From: Armatimonadota bacterium
Lineage (GTDB): Bacteria > Armatimonadota > Armatimonadia > Armatimonadales > Armatimonadaceae
Length of the DNA stretch: 64,000 nt
NCBI GenBank assembly: GCA_043754515.1
Contig: JAYUUO010000305.1
Span: forward strand, 1-64,000
Direction: 5' to 3'
Shown in pieces: positions 1 to 8,639 of this stretch (the stretch's first letter is position 1; each line of letters opens with the position of its first letter). The notes under the pieces were generated by a model. That model was not told where the DNA came from. It was given only the letters and a program-made list of their open reading frames with translations, and searched no databases. A program made the translations under genes and the position numbers.

Positions 1-145
1 TAGGAGTTACGCGGTTGGCGTCAATTGTCGCCCGAACTTGTCCGTCCGAAGGACGTCCGGCGCGGGACGCGCCTAGACAGGCAAAACGTGTTTTGCCGAT
101 GACGTGGGTTTCAACCCGTGTTCTTAACGAACCGCGCAACTCCTA
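1..145. mobile_element. candidate MITE (non-autonomous element with terminal inverted repeats)
   Basis: TAGGAGTTACGCGGTT (1-16) and AACCGCGCAACTCCTA (130-145) form a 15/16 inverted repeat around a non-coding interior with several hairpins. The left flank is outside the window, so no target duplication can be checked. Confidence 0.55.
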
Positions 146-260
146 ATATAAATGAAATCCATCTGTTGTCAAGCCGCTTTCGAGTGATATTTAACTGTGT
201 AGGAACTGTCGCCAGATCCGCCCGCTCACGCGGGATACCACGCCGCTACCACAACCCGGA

Positions 261-1178
261 CTAGCCTTTGTATATGGTGATGATCTCTCCCAAGAGCCGT
301 ATCGCATCGGCGCGGGGCCGTTGGAATGTGTTGCGCCCCATGATCGAGCCGAACCCCTCGCCAGCCTGGATGTCACGCGCCTCCTGCAACAGTGACTCCT
401 CAGTGCCGAAGGCTCCCCCGCTGAAGATTACGATGCGGCGACCGTCGAACGCGCACTGCTTGACGTGCCGAATTCGGTCGGCGGCAGTCGCGATGGGCAC
501 TTTTTGCGCCTCGTACACCTTGCGCGCCTCGTCCTGCTCCACATAGTCGGTCGGTATCTTAACCTTGACGATATGCGCGCCGAGTTGGGCGGCTATCTGC
601 GCGGCGTACCCACAAATGTCAATCGCGGTCTCGCCCTCCTTGCTGATCTCCGAGCCGCGCGGGTAGGACCATATCACTACCGCCAGGCCGTGTTCTTTCG
701 CTTCGGCGGCGAGTTTGCGTATCTGTTCGTACATCTCGAAGCGATGCGCCGAGCCGGGGTAGATCGTGAAGCCGATGGCGGCGCAGCCCAGGCGCAGGGC
801 GTCCTTCACGGAGCCGGTGAGAGCCTGATTCGGGTCGCGCTCGTTCATCGTCAGGTCGTGATCGTTCACCTTCAGAATGAGCGGCAAACCTGAACCTGCG
901 AAGTCGCGCGCCCCGGCCTCCAGAAAGCCGAGCGGCGCGGCGTAGGCATTTAACCCGGCGTCGAGCGCGAGGCCGAAATGGTAGCGCGGGTCATATGCGG
1001 GCGGGTTCGCCGCGAAGGAGCGGGCCGGGCCGTGTTCGAAGCCCTGATCCACCGGCAGGATGAGCAGCTTGCCGGTGCCCCCCAGATGCCCGTGATTCAG
1101 GATGCGCGCCAGGTTGGCTAGAGTGCCGACGTTGTCCGCGCCGTACCAGGAAAGAATCTCGCGTACACGATCCGTCAT
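261..1178 (-). CDS. fbaB: class I fructose-bisphosphate aldolase (DhnA/FbaB type)
   Basis: LILPVDQGFEHGP, WSYPRG and GAHIVKVK (Schiff-base Lys) motifs, plus FSGG and GSIMGRN. Confidence 0.93.
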   Translation of the reverse strand: MTDRVREILSWYGADNVGTLANLARILNHGHLGGTGKLLILPVDQGFEHGPARSFAANPPAYDPRYHFGLALDAGLNAYAAPLGFLEAGARDFAGSGLPLILKVNDHDLTMNERDPNQALTGSVKDALRLGCAAIGFTIYPGSAHRFEMYEQIRKLAAEAKEHGLAVVIWSYPRGSEISKEGETAIDICGYAAQIAAQLGAHIVKVKIPTDYVEQDEARKVYEAQKVPIATAADRIRHVKQCAFDGRRIVIFSGGAFGTEESLLQEARDIQAGEGFGSIMGRNTFQRPRADAIRLLGEIITIYKG

Positions 1179-2068
1179 TGTTTTAGCTCCTTCGATTCGC
1201 CACGGATCGCCCGCGGCAGGATGATGTTATTCACGGCCTCGGCGAAGCCTTCCGCCGTGTTCGCCGCGACGGTCTCGTGCGCGGCATGCTTCACGAAATC
1301 GTTCGCGTTGCCCATCGCGATAGACAACCCGCTCGGGATAAACATCGTCACGTCGTTCGGCTGATCTCCGATAGTCGCTATCTGCTCCGCAGGGATGTTT
1401 TGGGTGCGCGCGAGGTAGGCGACGACCAATCCCTTGTTCGCCTCGGGGTGCGTCACGTCCAGATAGTAGGGTTGCGACAGCGCGGCGGAAACGCAGGTTC
1501 CGAGCATCGCATGCACGGCCTCGTCGGCGTGCCGGATCGTCGCCGGGTCATCCGAAACGCCGACCACTTTTGCGATGTTGTCACCCAAACCGCCGGGCAG
1601 TTCGTCGAGGCCGCCGGGCACCATTACGGGCGGAAATTGCACGGTATGTTCTTCCCGATCCACGTGCGGCCCGTGCCGGTCCGCATCGAGAACATACCAA
1701 TCAGCACCCCTGTAAACCCAAACCTTCAAGCCGTGATCGGACATGATCTGAACCGTCTGGCGCGTCACGGTCGCGGGCAACGTCTTCGCGCCGTCAATGA
1801 TGCCGTCCGGACTGATATACAGGCCACCGTTGAAGGCGGCGATCGGCGCGGTGATGTGGAGATCGTTAACCAGCATAGCGAGGCCACGCGGCGGGCGCCC
1901 ACTCGTGATGGTGAACATGATTCCGGCGTCGTGTAACGCACGCACCGCCTCGCGCGTCTTGTCAGTCAGTTTCTTCTCGGCGTCCACAAGTGTCCCATCC
2001 ACATCAGCGAGGAAGAGGGCGATCTGGTCGGACGCGGGGCACGTGGGACTTATCTCATCGGAACTCAT
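1175..2068 (-). CDS. Cof-type HAD-IIB family hydrolase/phosphatase
   Basis: Motif I DVDGTL, TSGR, ANKG and motif IV GDQPND...AMGNA. ATGA overlap with fbaB. Confidence 0.9.
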   Translation of the reverse strand: MSSDEISPTCPASDQIALFLADVDGTLVDAEKKLTDKTREAVRALHDAGIMFTITSGRPPRGLAMLVNDLHITAPIAAFNGGLYISPDGIIDGAKTLPATVTRQTVQIMSDHGLKVWVYRGADWYVLDADRHGPHVDREEHTVQFPPVMVPGGLDELPGGLGDNIAKVVGVSDDPATIRHADEAVHAMLGTCVSAALSQPYYLDVTHPEANKGLVVAYLARTQNIPAEQIATIGDQPNDVTMFIPSGLSIAMGNANDFVKHAAHETVAANTAEGFAEAVNNIILPRAIRGESKELKQ

Positions 2069-2137
2069 CGGGCAAGGTATCTTTCGTCTCTTAAGATACC
2101 CGTAACCGGCTCGTTCTAATGCGCGACTTCAAGCACG

Positions 2138-2178
2138 AAAAAAGCCGGGCCGTGACAGAGAGGTGTCACGGCCCGGCT
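2138..2178 (-). terminator. intrinsic terminator
   Basis: 15-bp stem AGCCGGGCCGTGACA/TGTCACGGCCCGGCT with a 6-nt loop and a U-run on the minus strand, downstream of the 2198-2758 gene. Confidence 0.8.
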
Positions 2179-2197
2179 CCGGCTTTTCGTTACAGCA

Positions 2198-2758
2198 CTA
2201 CCGGGCGATTTTCCCGATGGCGGCTACCAATTTCGGCGAGTCGGAAGATTGCAGGTTGACGAACGTGTTGTAGACTTTCCAGTTCTTATACACGAACACG
2301 GTGTTCTTGACGTCGGACGCTGTGTTGACGGCGTAGGCTTTCACAGCCTCATTAGTCTTGTCGAGAACCGCCATATCAACGCCCTCGGTTCCGGGGGTTT
2401 TCGCGGCTTCCTTCACGAACGCTTCGGCGGCGGGCATGTTTTTCGCGTCGGTCAGGACGACGATCATCGCCTTGTAATCCTGCGCCTTGTGCGCCTTGAT
2501 CTGCGCGCCAAGGGTTTTGGCGAGCGCGACGACGTTCGCCTTATTATCACCGTTGATCCAGACCTGCGTCTGAGGCCGCTCCTGGAACGTGCAGGGGAAG
2601 CAGTTGGTGGTACCGGCGAGGGGGCCGGAAAGATGCTTCGGATGGAAGGGCGTGACGGAATCCCCCGCCTTGAGGCCGGAGAGCGGCGCGGCAAGCACCG
2701 GGAGCGCGACGGCGACGGTGGCCGCGAGGAGACCCAGGAAAATGTTTCGGCGTGTCAT
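2198..2758 (-). CDS. exported hypothetical protein, possibly thioredoxin/redoxin-like fold
   Basis: Start chosen at MTRRNIFLGLLAA (signal peptide). LKAGDSVTPF followed by CFPC resembles a redoxin N-terminus. Confidence 0.6.
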   Translation of the reverse strand: MTRRNIFLGLLAATVAVALPVLAAPLSGLKAGDSVTPFHPKHLSGPLAGTTNCFPCTFQERPQTQVWINGDNKANVVALAKTLGAQIKAHKAQDYKAMIVVLTDAKNMPAAEAFVKEAAKTPGTEGVDMAVLDKTNEAVKAYAVNTASDVKNTVFVYKNWKVYNTFVNLQSSDSPKLVAAIGKIAR

Positions 2759-2898
2759 AATTTGATGCGAACCTTTCTGCGAACGGAAAAATTTGTCAGA
2801 CGATAAACACATACCGCCTCACCGTAGATACAAATCAGGGCCTTCGGTTAGTTCCCACGGAAAGGAGAAACAGTCCGATCCGCCGAATATTCTTCCCA

Positions 2899-3999
2899 AT
2901 GAGCTACCTCTCCGTAGGCGAACCTGGCCTTTTCACCCGACACCCCGAAAACCCCATCGTAGTCCCCGGCATATACCCGTGGCGACAAGCAGTCACCTTC
3001 AATCCCGGCGTACTCCTCGATGACGACGGCCGCTTCTACCTCTATGAGCGAACGGCGGGTCAGTTCCGCCCGTTCTTCTGTTATATCGGTATGATGGACT
3101 CGGATGACGGCGTGCATTTCACGCACACGAGGAGCGAGCCAGTGTTCACGCCGGAGATGGCAGGCAGTATCTACGGCTCGGTGCAAGACCCGCGCGTCGC
3201 GAAGATGAACGGGCAATACTACATGACCTACGCCTTCCGCCCCTACGCCTGGTCATCAAACCCGACCGGGATTGGGGTTCCCGAATCGCATGAGTCGGAG
3301 TTCCCGGACATGAGCCGACCTGTGTACGCGGAGGCAGGCGTCGGTTCATCAAACGTGGTCGGCGGACGCCCCGACAACATGACGCGCACGGGGCTCGCGG
3401 TGTCGGAGGACCGGGTCACCTGGAAGCACCACTCGTGGATAACGCCGGACACGATGGACGACCGCGACGTGATCCTATTCCCCGAGAAGATAAACGGTCG
3501 GTACGCTGTGCTACGCCGCCCACTCCAATACGTCGGCCCTCAATTCGGCACGCCCGGTCCGAGCATCTGGCTTTCCTACTCCGACGACCTTTCCTCGTGG
3601 ACCGAGCCGGAACTTATCGCGACCGCGCTATATGAGTGGGAGGATAACCGAATCGGCGGCTCGACCCCGCCGATCAGGACCGAGGCCGGATGGCTGACGT
3701 TCTACCACGGCGTGCAGACCGAGGACAAAGCGACGAAGCGCGTAGTGTATCGCATGGGCGCGTTGCTACTCGATCTCAATGACCCGAGCAAGGTTCTCGC
3801 GCGGACGACTTCGCCCTTGCTGGAGCCGACCGCCTACTATGAGAAGTTCGGCGCGTACATCCCGAACGTCATATTCCCGTCAGCCAACGTGGTCAAGGAT
3901 GGCATTGTATACCTGTACTACGGGGTCTGCGACACGGCAATCGCGCTCGCGACGGCGAAACTGAGCGACGTGATGGAGCACGTTCTGAGCGGAAAGTGA
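2899..3999 (+). CDS. GH130 family glycoside phosphorylase/hydrolase (beta-mannoside phosphorylase-like)
   Basis: FNPGV, QDPRV, DRDVILFPEKINGRY, RIGGSTPPIRTEAGWLTFYHGV and PNVIFP motifs. Confidence 0.88.
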   Translation: MSYLSVGEPGLFTRHPENPIVVPGIYPWRQAVTFNPGVLLDDDGRFYLYERTAGQFRPFFCYIGMMDSDDGVHFTHTRSEPVFTPEMAGSIYGSVQDPRVAKMNGQYYMTYAFRPYAWSSNPTGIGVPESHESEFPDMSRPVYAEAGVGSSNVVGGRPDNMTRTGLAVSEDRVTWKHHSWITPDTMDDRDVILFPEKINGRYAVLRRPLQYVGPQFGTPGPSIWLSYSDDLSSWTEPELIATALYEWEDNRIGGSTPPIRTEAGWLTFYHGVQTEDKATKRVVYRMGALLLDLNDPSKVLARTTSPLLEPTAYYEKFGAYIPNVIFPSANVVKDGIVYLYYGVCDTAIALATAKLSDVMEHVLSGK

Positions 4000-4033
4000 T
4001 GCCGCGGGCGAGGCGCGAATCGCCTGATTCGTC

Positions 4034-4062
4034 TTGACAGGTGTCACCAAGCGCGATAATAT
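4034..4062 (+). promoter_or_regulatory. sigma70-type promoter of tRNA-Leu
   Basis: TTGACA (4034-4039), 17-nt spacer, TAATAT (4057-4062), ending 16 nt before the tRNA. Confidence 0.7.
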
Positions 4063-4078
4063 AACGCAGTTCACTTTC

Positions 4079-4159
4079 GCCCAGATGGTGAAATGGTAGA
4101 CACGCCAGTCTCAGGAGCTGGTGCCGCAAGGCATGGGGGTTCAAGTCCCCCTCTGGGCA
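4079..4159 (+). tRNA. tRNA-Leu(CAG)
   Basis: Acceptor stem GCCCAGA/TCTGGGC, anticodon loop CT-CAG-GA, long variable arm TGCCGCAAGGCA, T arm GGGGG-TTCAAGT-CCCCC. CCA is not encoded. Confidence 0.95.
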
Positions 4160-4218
4160 TCCCGAAGGCCGATCGCTTCTTAACAGAGCAGTCGGCTTTT
4201 CTGTTTCAGGCGACTAAC

Positions 4219-4866
4219 TCATTGCAGTCGCCGCGTCGCGTCCAGTGTGTCCGAGGTCGAACCCGCCTTCCCATCGTTCGTAATCGTGATGCGATGACCG
4301 TCTGCTTCACTCTCGTCATCCGCCAGGGCGGGGTCGAACGGGTCGCTTTTCATCATCGCCTTCATCGTCTCGTCCCGGTTGTATTCCGTCGTGTCGGTGG
4401 CGTCCGCTCGTAAATCGCCCGCGTCTTCCGGCTCGATGATCTGGAAGCCATCCGCCCCGAGATCCAGCGGCGAATGGGTGCCCATGCCCGGTGCCAGCCC
4501 GCGCACGGTACCGGTAATGTCCGGTGCCCGATTCAGCCCCGCGCCGGTGATCATCTCGTCTCCGAAGTCGCCCGCGTCCTCGTCGGGGTCGGTCGCGAGC
4601 ATGCCGCTCTCCTCGAAGTCGGCGCGGGTCATATACGAATCGTCATTGTCTATGGCGTCATAGGCTGACTTACCGGATGCGCCTTCCTCGCGCCCGTCTT
4701 CCGCTATCGCGCCCGTGGATCCCTCGGTGCGCGCCTCGATCAGGTCACCTAGCGTGCGCACATCAGCATTGTTCTCGAAGAGGGGGTGGCTCGCCGGAGG
4801 CATATCCTGTGGCAGAAGTCCAGTTTCCTTCGCATACTCTTTCATTTCGGGGGTGATGTTTTTCAT
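4219..4866 (-). CDS. acidic hypothetical protein, probably disordered
   Basis: 215-aa ORF very rich in Asp/Glu with AAGGAAG upstream. No family recognised. Confidence 0.7.
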   Translation of the reverse strand: MKNITPEMKEYAKETGLLPQDMPPASHPLFENNADVRTLGDLIEARTEGSTGAIAEDGREEGASGKSAYDAIDNDDSYMTRADFEESGMLATDPDEDAGDFGDEMITGAGLNRAPDITGTVRGLAPGMGTHSPLDLGADGFQIIEPEDAGDLRADATDTTEYNRDETMKAMMKSDPFDPALADDESEADGHRITITNDGKAGSTSDTLDATRRLQ

Positions 4867-4982
4867 GGGTGTTGTCGCTTCCTTCCGTAAAGCATGATTG
4901 GTTTACCCGCTTCCGGTCGGCGATTAACCCGCTATGAGCCGGGTAGAACATGACGAATCTGTGCGCGAATAAGGAGAATGTC

Positions 4983-5767
4983 ATGGGAATCTTAGGCGGA
5001 AAAGTCGCCCTCATCACCGGAGGCGCGTCAGGCATCAGTAAAGGAACCGCTATTCGGTTCGCGCGGGAGGGGGTGAAGGTGTCGCTCGCGGATGTGGACG
5101 CGCGGGCTGGCGAGGCCGTGGCCAAGAGATCAGCGATACGGGCGGGGACGCGCTGTTCACCCCGTGCGATGTCAGCGACGCGGCGCAGGTCGAGGCACTG
5201 GTTAAGGCTACCGTGAATCGGTTCGGTCGGCTTGACGTGGTGTTCGCGAACGCGGGCATCAACGGCATCTAGGCACCGGTCGAGGAGATCACGCCCGAGG
5301 AGTGGGACCGCACCCTCAACATCAACCTACGTGGGACATTCCTCACGGTCAAGTGTTCGGTGCCGCGCCTCAAGGAGAACCCGACGGGCGGCAGTATCAT
5401 GATCACCTCCTCGGTGAACGGCAACCGCACATTCAGCACGCCCAGCGCGTCGGCGTACTCGACATCGAAGGCGGGTCAGGTCGCGTTCATGAAAATGACC
5501 GCGCTGGAACTGGGTCGGCACGACATCCGCGTGAACGCCATTTGTCCGGGCGCGATCCACACCAACATCAACGTGAACACCAGGCAAAGGCATACGGACG
5601 CGATTGGCATCGAAGTGGAGTTACCGGCGGGGCCCCCCGCGCTGAATGAGGGACAGAGCGAGCCTGAGGATGTCGCGGGCGCGTGCGTGTTCCTCGCGTC
5701 CGATCTGTCGCACCACGTCTCTGGGGTCGAACTCTACGTGGACGGCGGCGCGTCGTTGCTCTGCTAA
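4983..5767 (+). pseudogene. SDR family oxidoreductase pseudogene
   Basis: [11 protein letters not shown]-binding motif, frameshift near 5125, NAGING followed by in-frame TAG (5270-5272), then YSTSK catalytic motif and IRVNAICPG. Confidence 0.88.
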
Positions 5768-5908
5768 CGTGTTTCACAGCGCGACGCCGCCTGACGAGGT
5801 GGCGTCTCGCGCTAAACGTTTCGCTCCAACACTCCCTTTATCGTCTTATCGTCCTACAGCAGGTACAGTATATAGTAGCTGATAGACGTCTCAGGAAATC
5901 GAAGCCCC

Positions 5909-6217
5909 ATGGATGAAACGCTTGCTCCAACTTTGAAAGAGATCGCGGATCCTCTTCACCGCTCGCTGGAACAAGGCGAGAGGTTATGGATAGCTCGGGA
6001 GAACGACCGACGGGAGTCGCATGCCGCCTCCGACGCATTTGGGGAAGGGCGGGACGAATTTCAGGAAAAGATGGAGGCACGGCGCGAAGCTACCTTGCGG
6101 AAATCCGACAAACAGTATCAGGAGCAACGCGAGTTTGAGGCAAAGTTGCTACTCGAACTGGTACGCCATAATGAAGTCATGGAACGCGTCGCTCGACACC
6201 TGGAGGGCCAACTTTAG
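5909..6217 (+). CDS. hypothetical coiled-coil protein
   Basis: 102-aa E/R/Q-rich helical ORF that abuts the next gene. Confidence 0.55.
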   Translation: MDETLAPTLKEIADPLHRSLEQGERLWIARENDRRESHAASDAFGEGRDEFQEKMEARREATLRKSDKQYQEQREFEAKLLLELVRHNEVMERVARHLEGQL

Positions 6218-6769
6218 ATGTTAGTGGACCAAAAACATCCCACTCGACCGATTCTCCTTTGCCTGATGCTACTGGCGACAGGGGGCGGACTTGCCTCCTT
6301 AACATTCAGCCGCTTATGGGTAACCCCTACTTTCATCCCAAAGGGCTATTACCGCGTCGAGGTAATGCGGCGGGTTTCGGTTAACTCCGAGGAAGGCGGC
6401 ACGCTCCGAATAAGTGTTAACGAGCGTGAGCCGAGGCCGCTTACGCTCGCCGTTGGTGGGATGAAAGACTCAATCGCGCCGACACACCCCGGCATGAAGT
6501 CCTACTGTACTATCCAGCTCAAGCCAGTGAGCGAGGGTGGCAAGGAGTTCACCAAACTAGTGATGGAGTCGGATCAGACAAAACTAACGGGAGCGTGGCC
6601 CGACAACGGGCTAGGGAGCGTACGTTGGATTCATATGAATGTCGGCCCCATGCGACAGCCGTTCCGCTGGGCGGCGCGGAGCGGCGACTACCGACAAGGC
6701 ACGCCTGTATTACTAGGCACGGCTGGCGGCAAGCCGGTGACACTTGTGGTGGGCGGTACGCGACGATAA
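6218..6769 (+). CDS. hypothetical membrane-anchored or exported protein
   Basis: N-terminal hydrophobic segment ILLCLMLLATGGGLASL. TAATG coupling to the next ORF. Confidence 0.6.
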   Translation: MLVDQKHPTRPILLCLMLLATGGGLASLTFSRLWVTPTFIPKGYYRVEVMRRVSVNSEEGGTLRISVNEREPRPLTLAVGGMKDSIAPTHPGMKSYCTIQLKPVSEGGKEFTKLVMESDQTKLTGAWPDNGLGSVRWIHMNVGPMRQPFRWAARSGDYRQGTPVLLGTAGGKPVTLVVGGTRR

Positions 6770-7059
6770 TGAAACAAGTTTACATGCCTGTGACCGAAAG
6801 TGACACCGCTGTGATCGGCTTGAGAAATAACGGTGATTGGCCGACGATCAAAAAGGCGTTGGGTAGGTCAGCACTAAGCACTTGGACCCCGCCAGAAGTT
6901 TTCGTCGCAAGAAACGGTCGCTTTCTATTCAACGTAAAGGAGAACCGCGAGGACATGTTCTGTTCGTCCGAGTTCAAATTGCTCGTTGAAGAGAACAGGT
7001 TGTCGAACTTACGTTTCGTACCAGTCCCGATGCGACGGAAGCTGATCGGCAGGCAGTAG
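6769..7059 (+). CDS. small hypothetical protein resembling an internally deleted DUF1629/Imm11-type immunity protein
   Basis: ATG overlaps the upstream TAA. The C-terminal MFCSSEFKLLVEENRLSNLRF resembles the DUF1629 C-terminal motif. Only 96 aa. Confidence 0.4.
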   Translation: MKQVYMPVTESDTAVIGLRNNGDWPTIKKALGRSALSTWTPPEVFVARNGRFLFNVKENREDMFCSSEFKLLVEENRLSNLRFVPVPMRRKLIGRQ

Positions 7060-7151
7060 GCAAGCCCGAACGAGCGCACCCGGCGACTGCGAAAAAACGT
7101 GTCGCCGGGTGCACCCGCCTCTATCCTTGACCTGCACCTCACATGACCCGA

Positions 7152-8522
7152 TCACACGCTCGAAAGCATCGGCATGATCGGCTTTGGGGCCGCCTCAATC
7201 GCGGCAAGTTCCGGTGCCGCCACGGGGGCAACTGGTACCTTAGTTGCCGCCGGGTCGTACTCGTCTATGCGCAGGAAGACCTGACGAATCACATCCTCGG
7301 GACTGGTTAACCCCATGCGCATCTTCAGTAATGCGTCTTCGCGCATCGGCACCATGCCCGCCGCCTGTGCCGCGCGGCGTAGGTCAGACGACGGGGCACG
7401 GTCCATAATCAGGCGTGAGAACTGTTCGTCCACCGCGACGACCTCATGCACACCAATACGCCCGCGGTAGCCGGTCCCCTCGCACGCCTGACAGCCCACC
7501 TGATGCCAGATCTTCTCGTCGGGCGCGATGCTCAAAAGCGCGGATTGCTGCGGCGTCGGCGCGCCCTGGCGGCGGCACTGCGGGCAAAGGCGGCGCACTA
7601 GCCGCTGGGCGACCATGCCGATCAGGCCGGACGAGATCAGGAACGGCGGCACGCCCATATCCGTCAAACGCGTGACCGCGGTCGGCGCGTCGTTCGAGTG
7701 GAGCGTTGATAGCACCATGTGCCCGGTCATCGCCGCGCGGAACGCGATCTCCGCCGTCTCCGCGTCGCGTGTCTCCCCCACCAGAATCACGTCCGGGTCC
7801 TGGCGCAGGATCGAGCGCAATTGCCGGGCGAACGTGAGACCGATCTTCTCGAACACCTGGCTCTGATTCACGCCGTCCATGTCGTACTCAATAGGGTCTT
7901 CGCAAGTGACGATGTTATTCGCCTTGCTCCGTAGCACGTTCAGCGCGGAGTAGAGCGTGGTCGTCTTACCGGAGCCGGTCGGCCCCGTGACGAGTAGCAG
8001 ACCCAGCGGCTGATGGATCAGGTTCTCGAAGGCGGCTTTGTTGTGTGGGGAGAAGTCAAGGCCGTCCAGCGGGCGGAACGACATGCTCCGGTCTAGAAGC
8101 CGCATAACGACCTTCTCGCCGTACATGATCGGGAGCGTGGAGATACGTAGGTCAACGGAACGCCCGGAGAAGGAGATGGAAATACGACCGTCTTGCGGCA
8201 ACCGCTTCTCGTTGATATCAAGTTCCGCCATGACCTTGATACGAGCCGCACAAACATCCTGTAAGTCTTTGGGCAGATCGCGCCAGTTGTGTAACACGCC
8301 GTCAATGCGGAAGCGAACCTCGACTTTGTCTTTGCGCGGCTCGTAGTGGATGTCCGAGGCCCCGACACGAACCGCCTCGTTGATCATGGCGTTGACCATC
8401 TGCACGGCGGGACCTTGCGCCGTTCCGCCGCTGGTGTTCACGGTCGGGTCAGAGCCGCTGGGCGCGCCGGGGAACATCGGTGTCTGGGGCGGTGTGTTGA
8501 ATCGTGAGTTTCCGAAAGCCAT
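7152..8522 (-). CDS. GspE/PilB family assembly ATPase lacking the N-terminal T2SSE_N domain
   Basis: ASDIHYEP, PQDGRI, GPTGSGKTTT, EDPIEY, LRQDPDVILVGETRD, TGHMVLSTLH and CPQC...CQAC zinc motif. Confidence 0.92.
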   Translation of the reverse strand: MAFGNSRFNTPPQTPMFPGAPSGSDPTVNTSGGTAQGPAVQMVNAMINEAVRVGASDIHYEPRKDKVEVRFRIDGVLHNWRDLPKDLQDVCAARIKVMAELDINEKRLPQDGRISISFSGRSVDLRISTLPIMYGEKVVMRLLDRSMSFRPLDGLDFSPHNKAAFENLIHQPLGLLLVTGPTGSGKTTTLYSALNVLRSKANNIVTCEDPIEYDMDGVNQSQVFEKIGLTFARQLRSILRQDPDVILVGETRDAETAEIAFRAAMTGHMVLSTLHSNDAPTAVTRLTDMGVPPFLISSGLIGMVAQRLVRRLCPQCRRQGAPTPQQSALLSIAPDEKIWHQVGCQACEGTGYRGRIGVHEVVAVDEQFSRLIMDRAPSSDLRRAAQAAGMVPMREDALLKMRMGLTSPEDVIRQVFLRIDEYDPAATKVPVAPVAAPELAAIEAAPKPIMPMLSSV

Positions 8523-8639
8523 GCGGGTTTGCTCCAATGCGGTTGGGGAGATTTGAACTCATTTTACCAGAACGCGATCAGGGATGGCAATGTCCGCGCG
8601 GTATGACACCAACATTTCGCGTGGTACAATCCGCGCATT

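Noticed and set aside
4079..7151. Integrative island at tRNA-Leu
   Set aside because: No integrase and no duplicated tRNA 3' end was seen.
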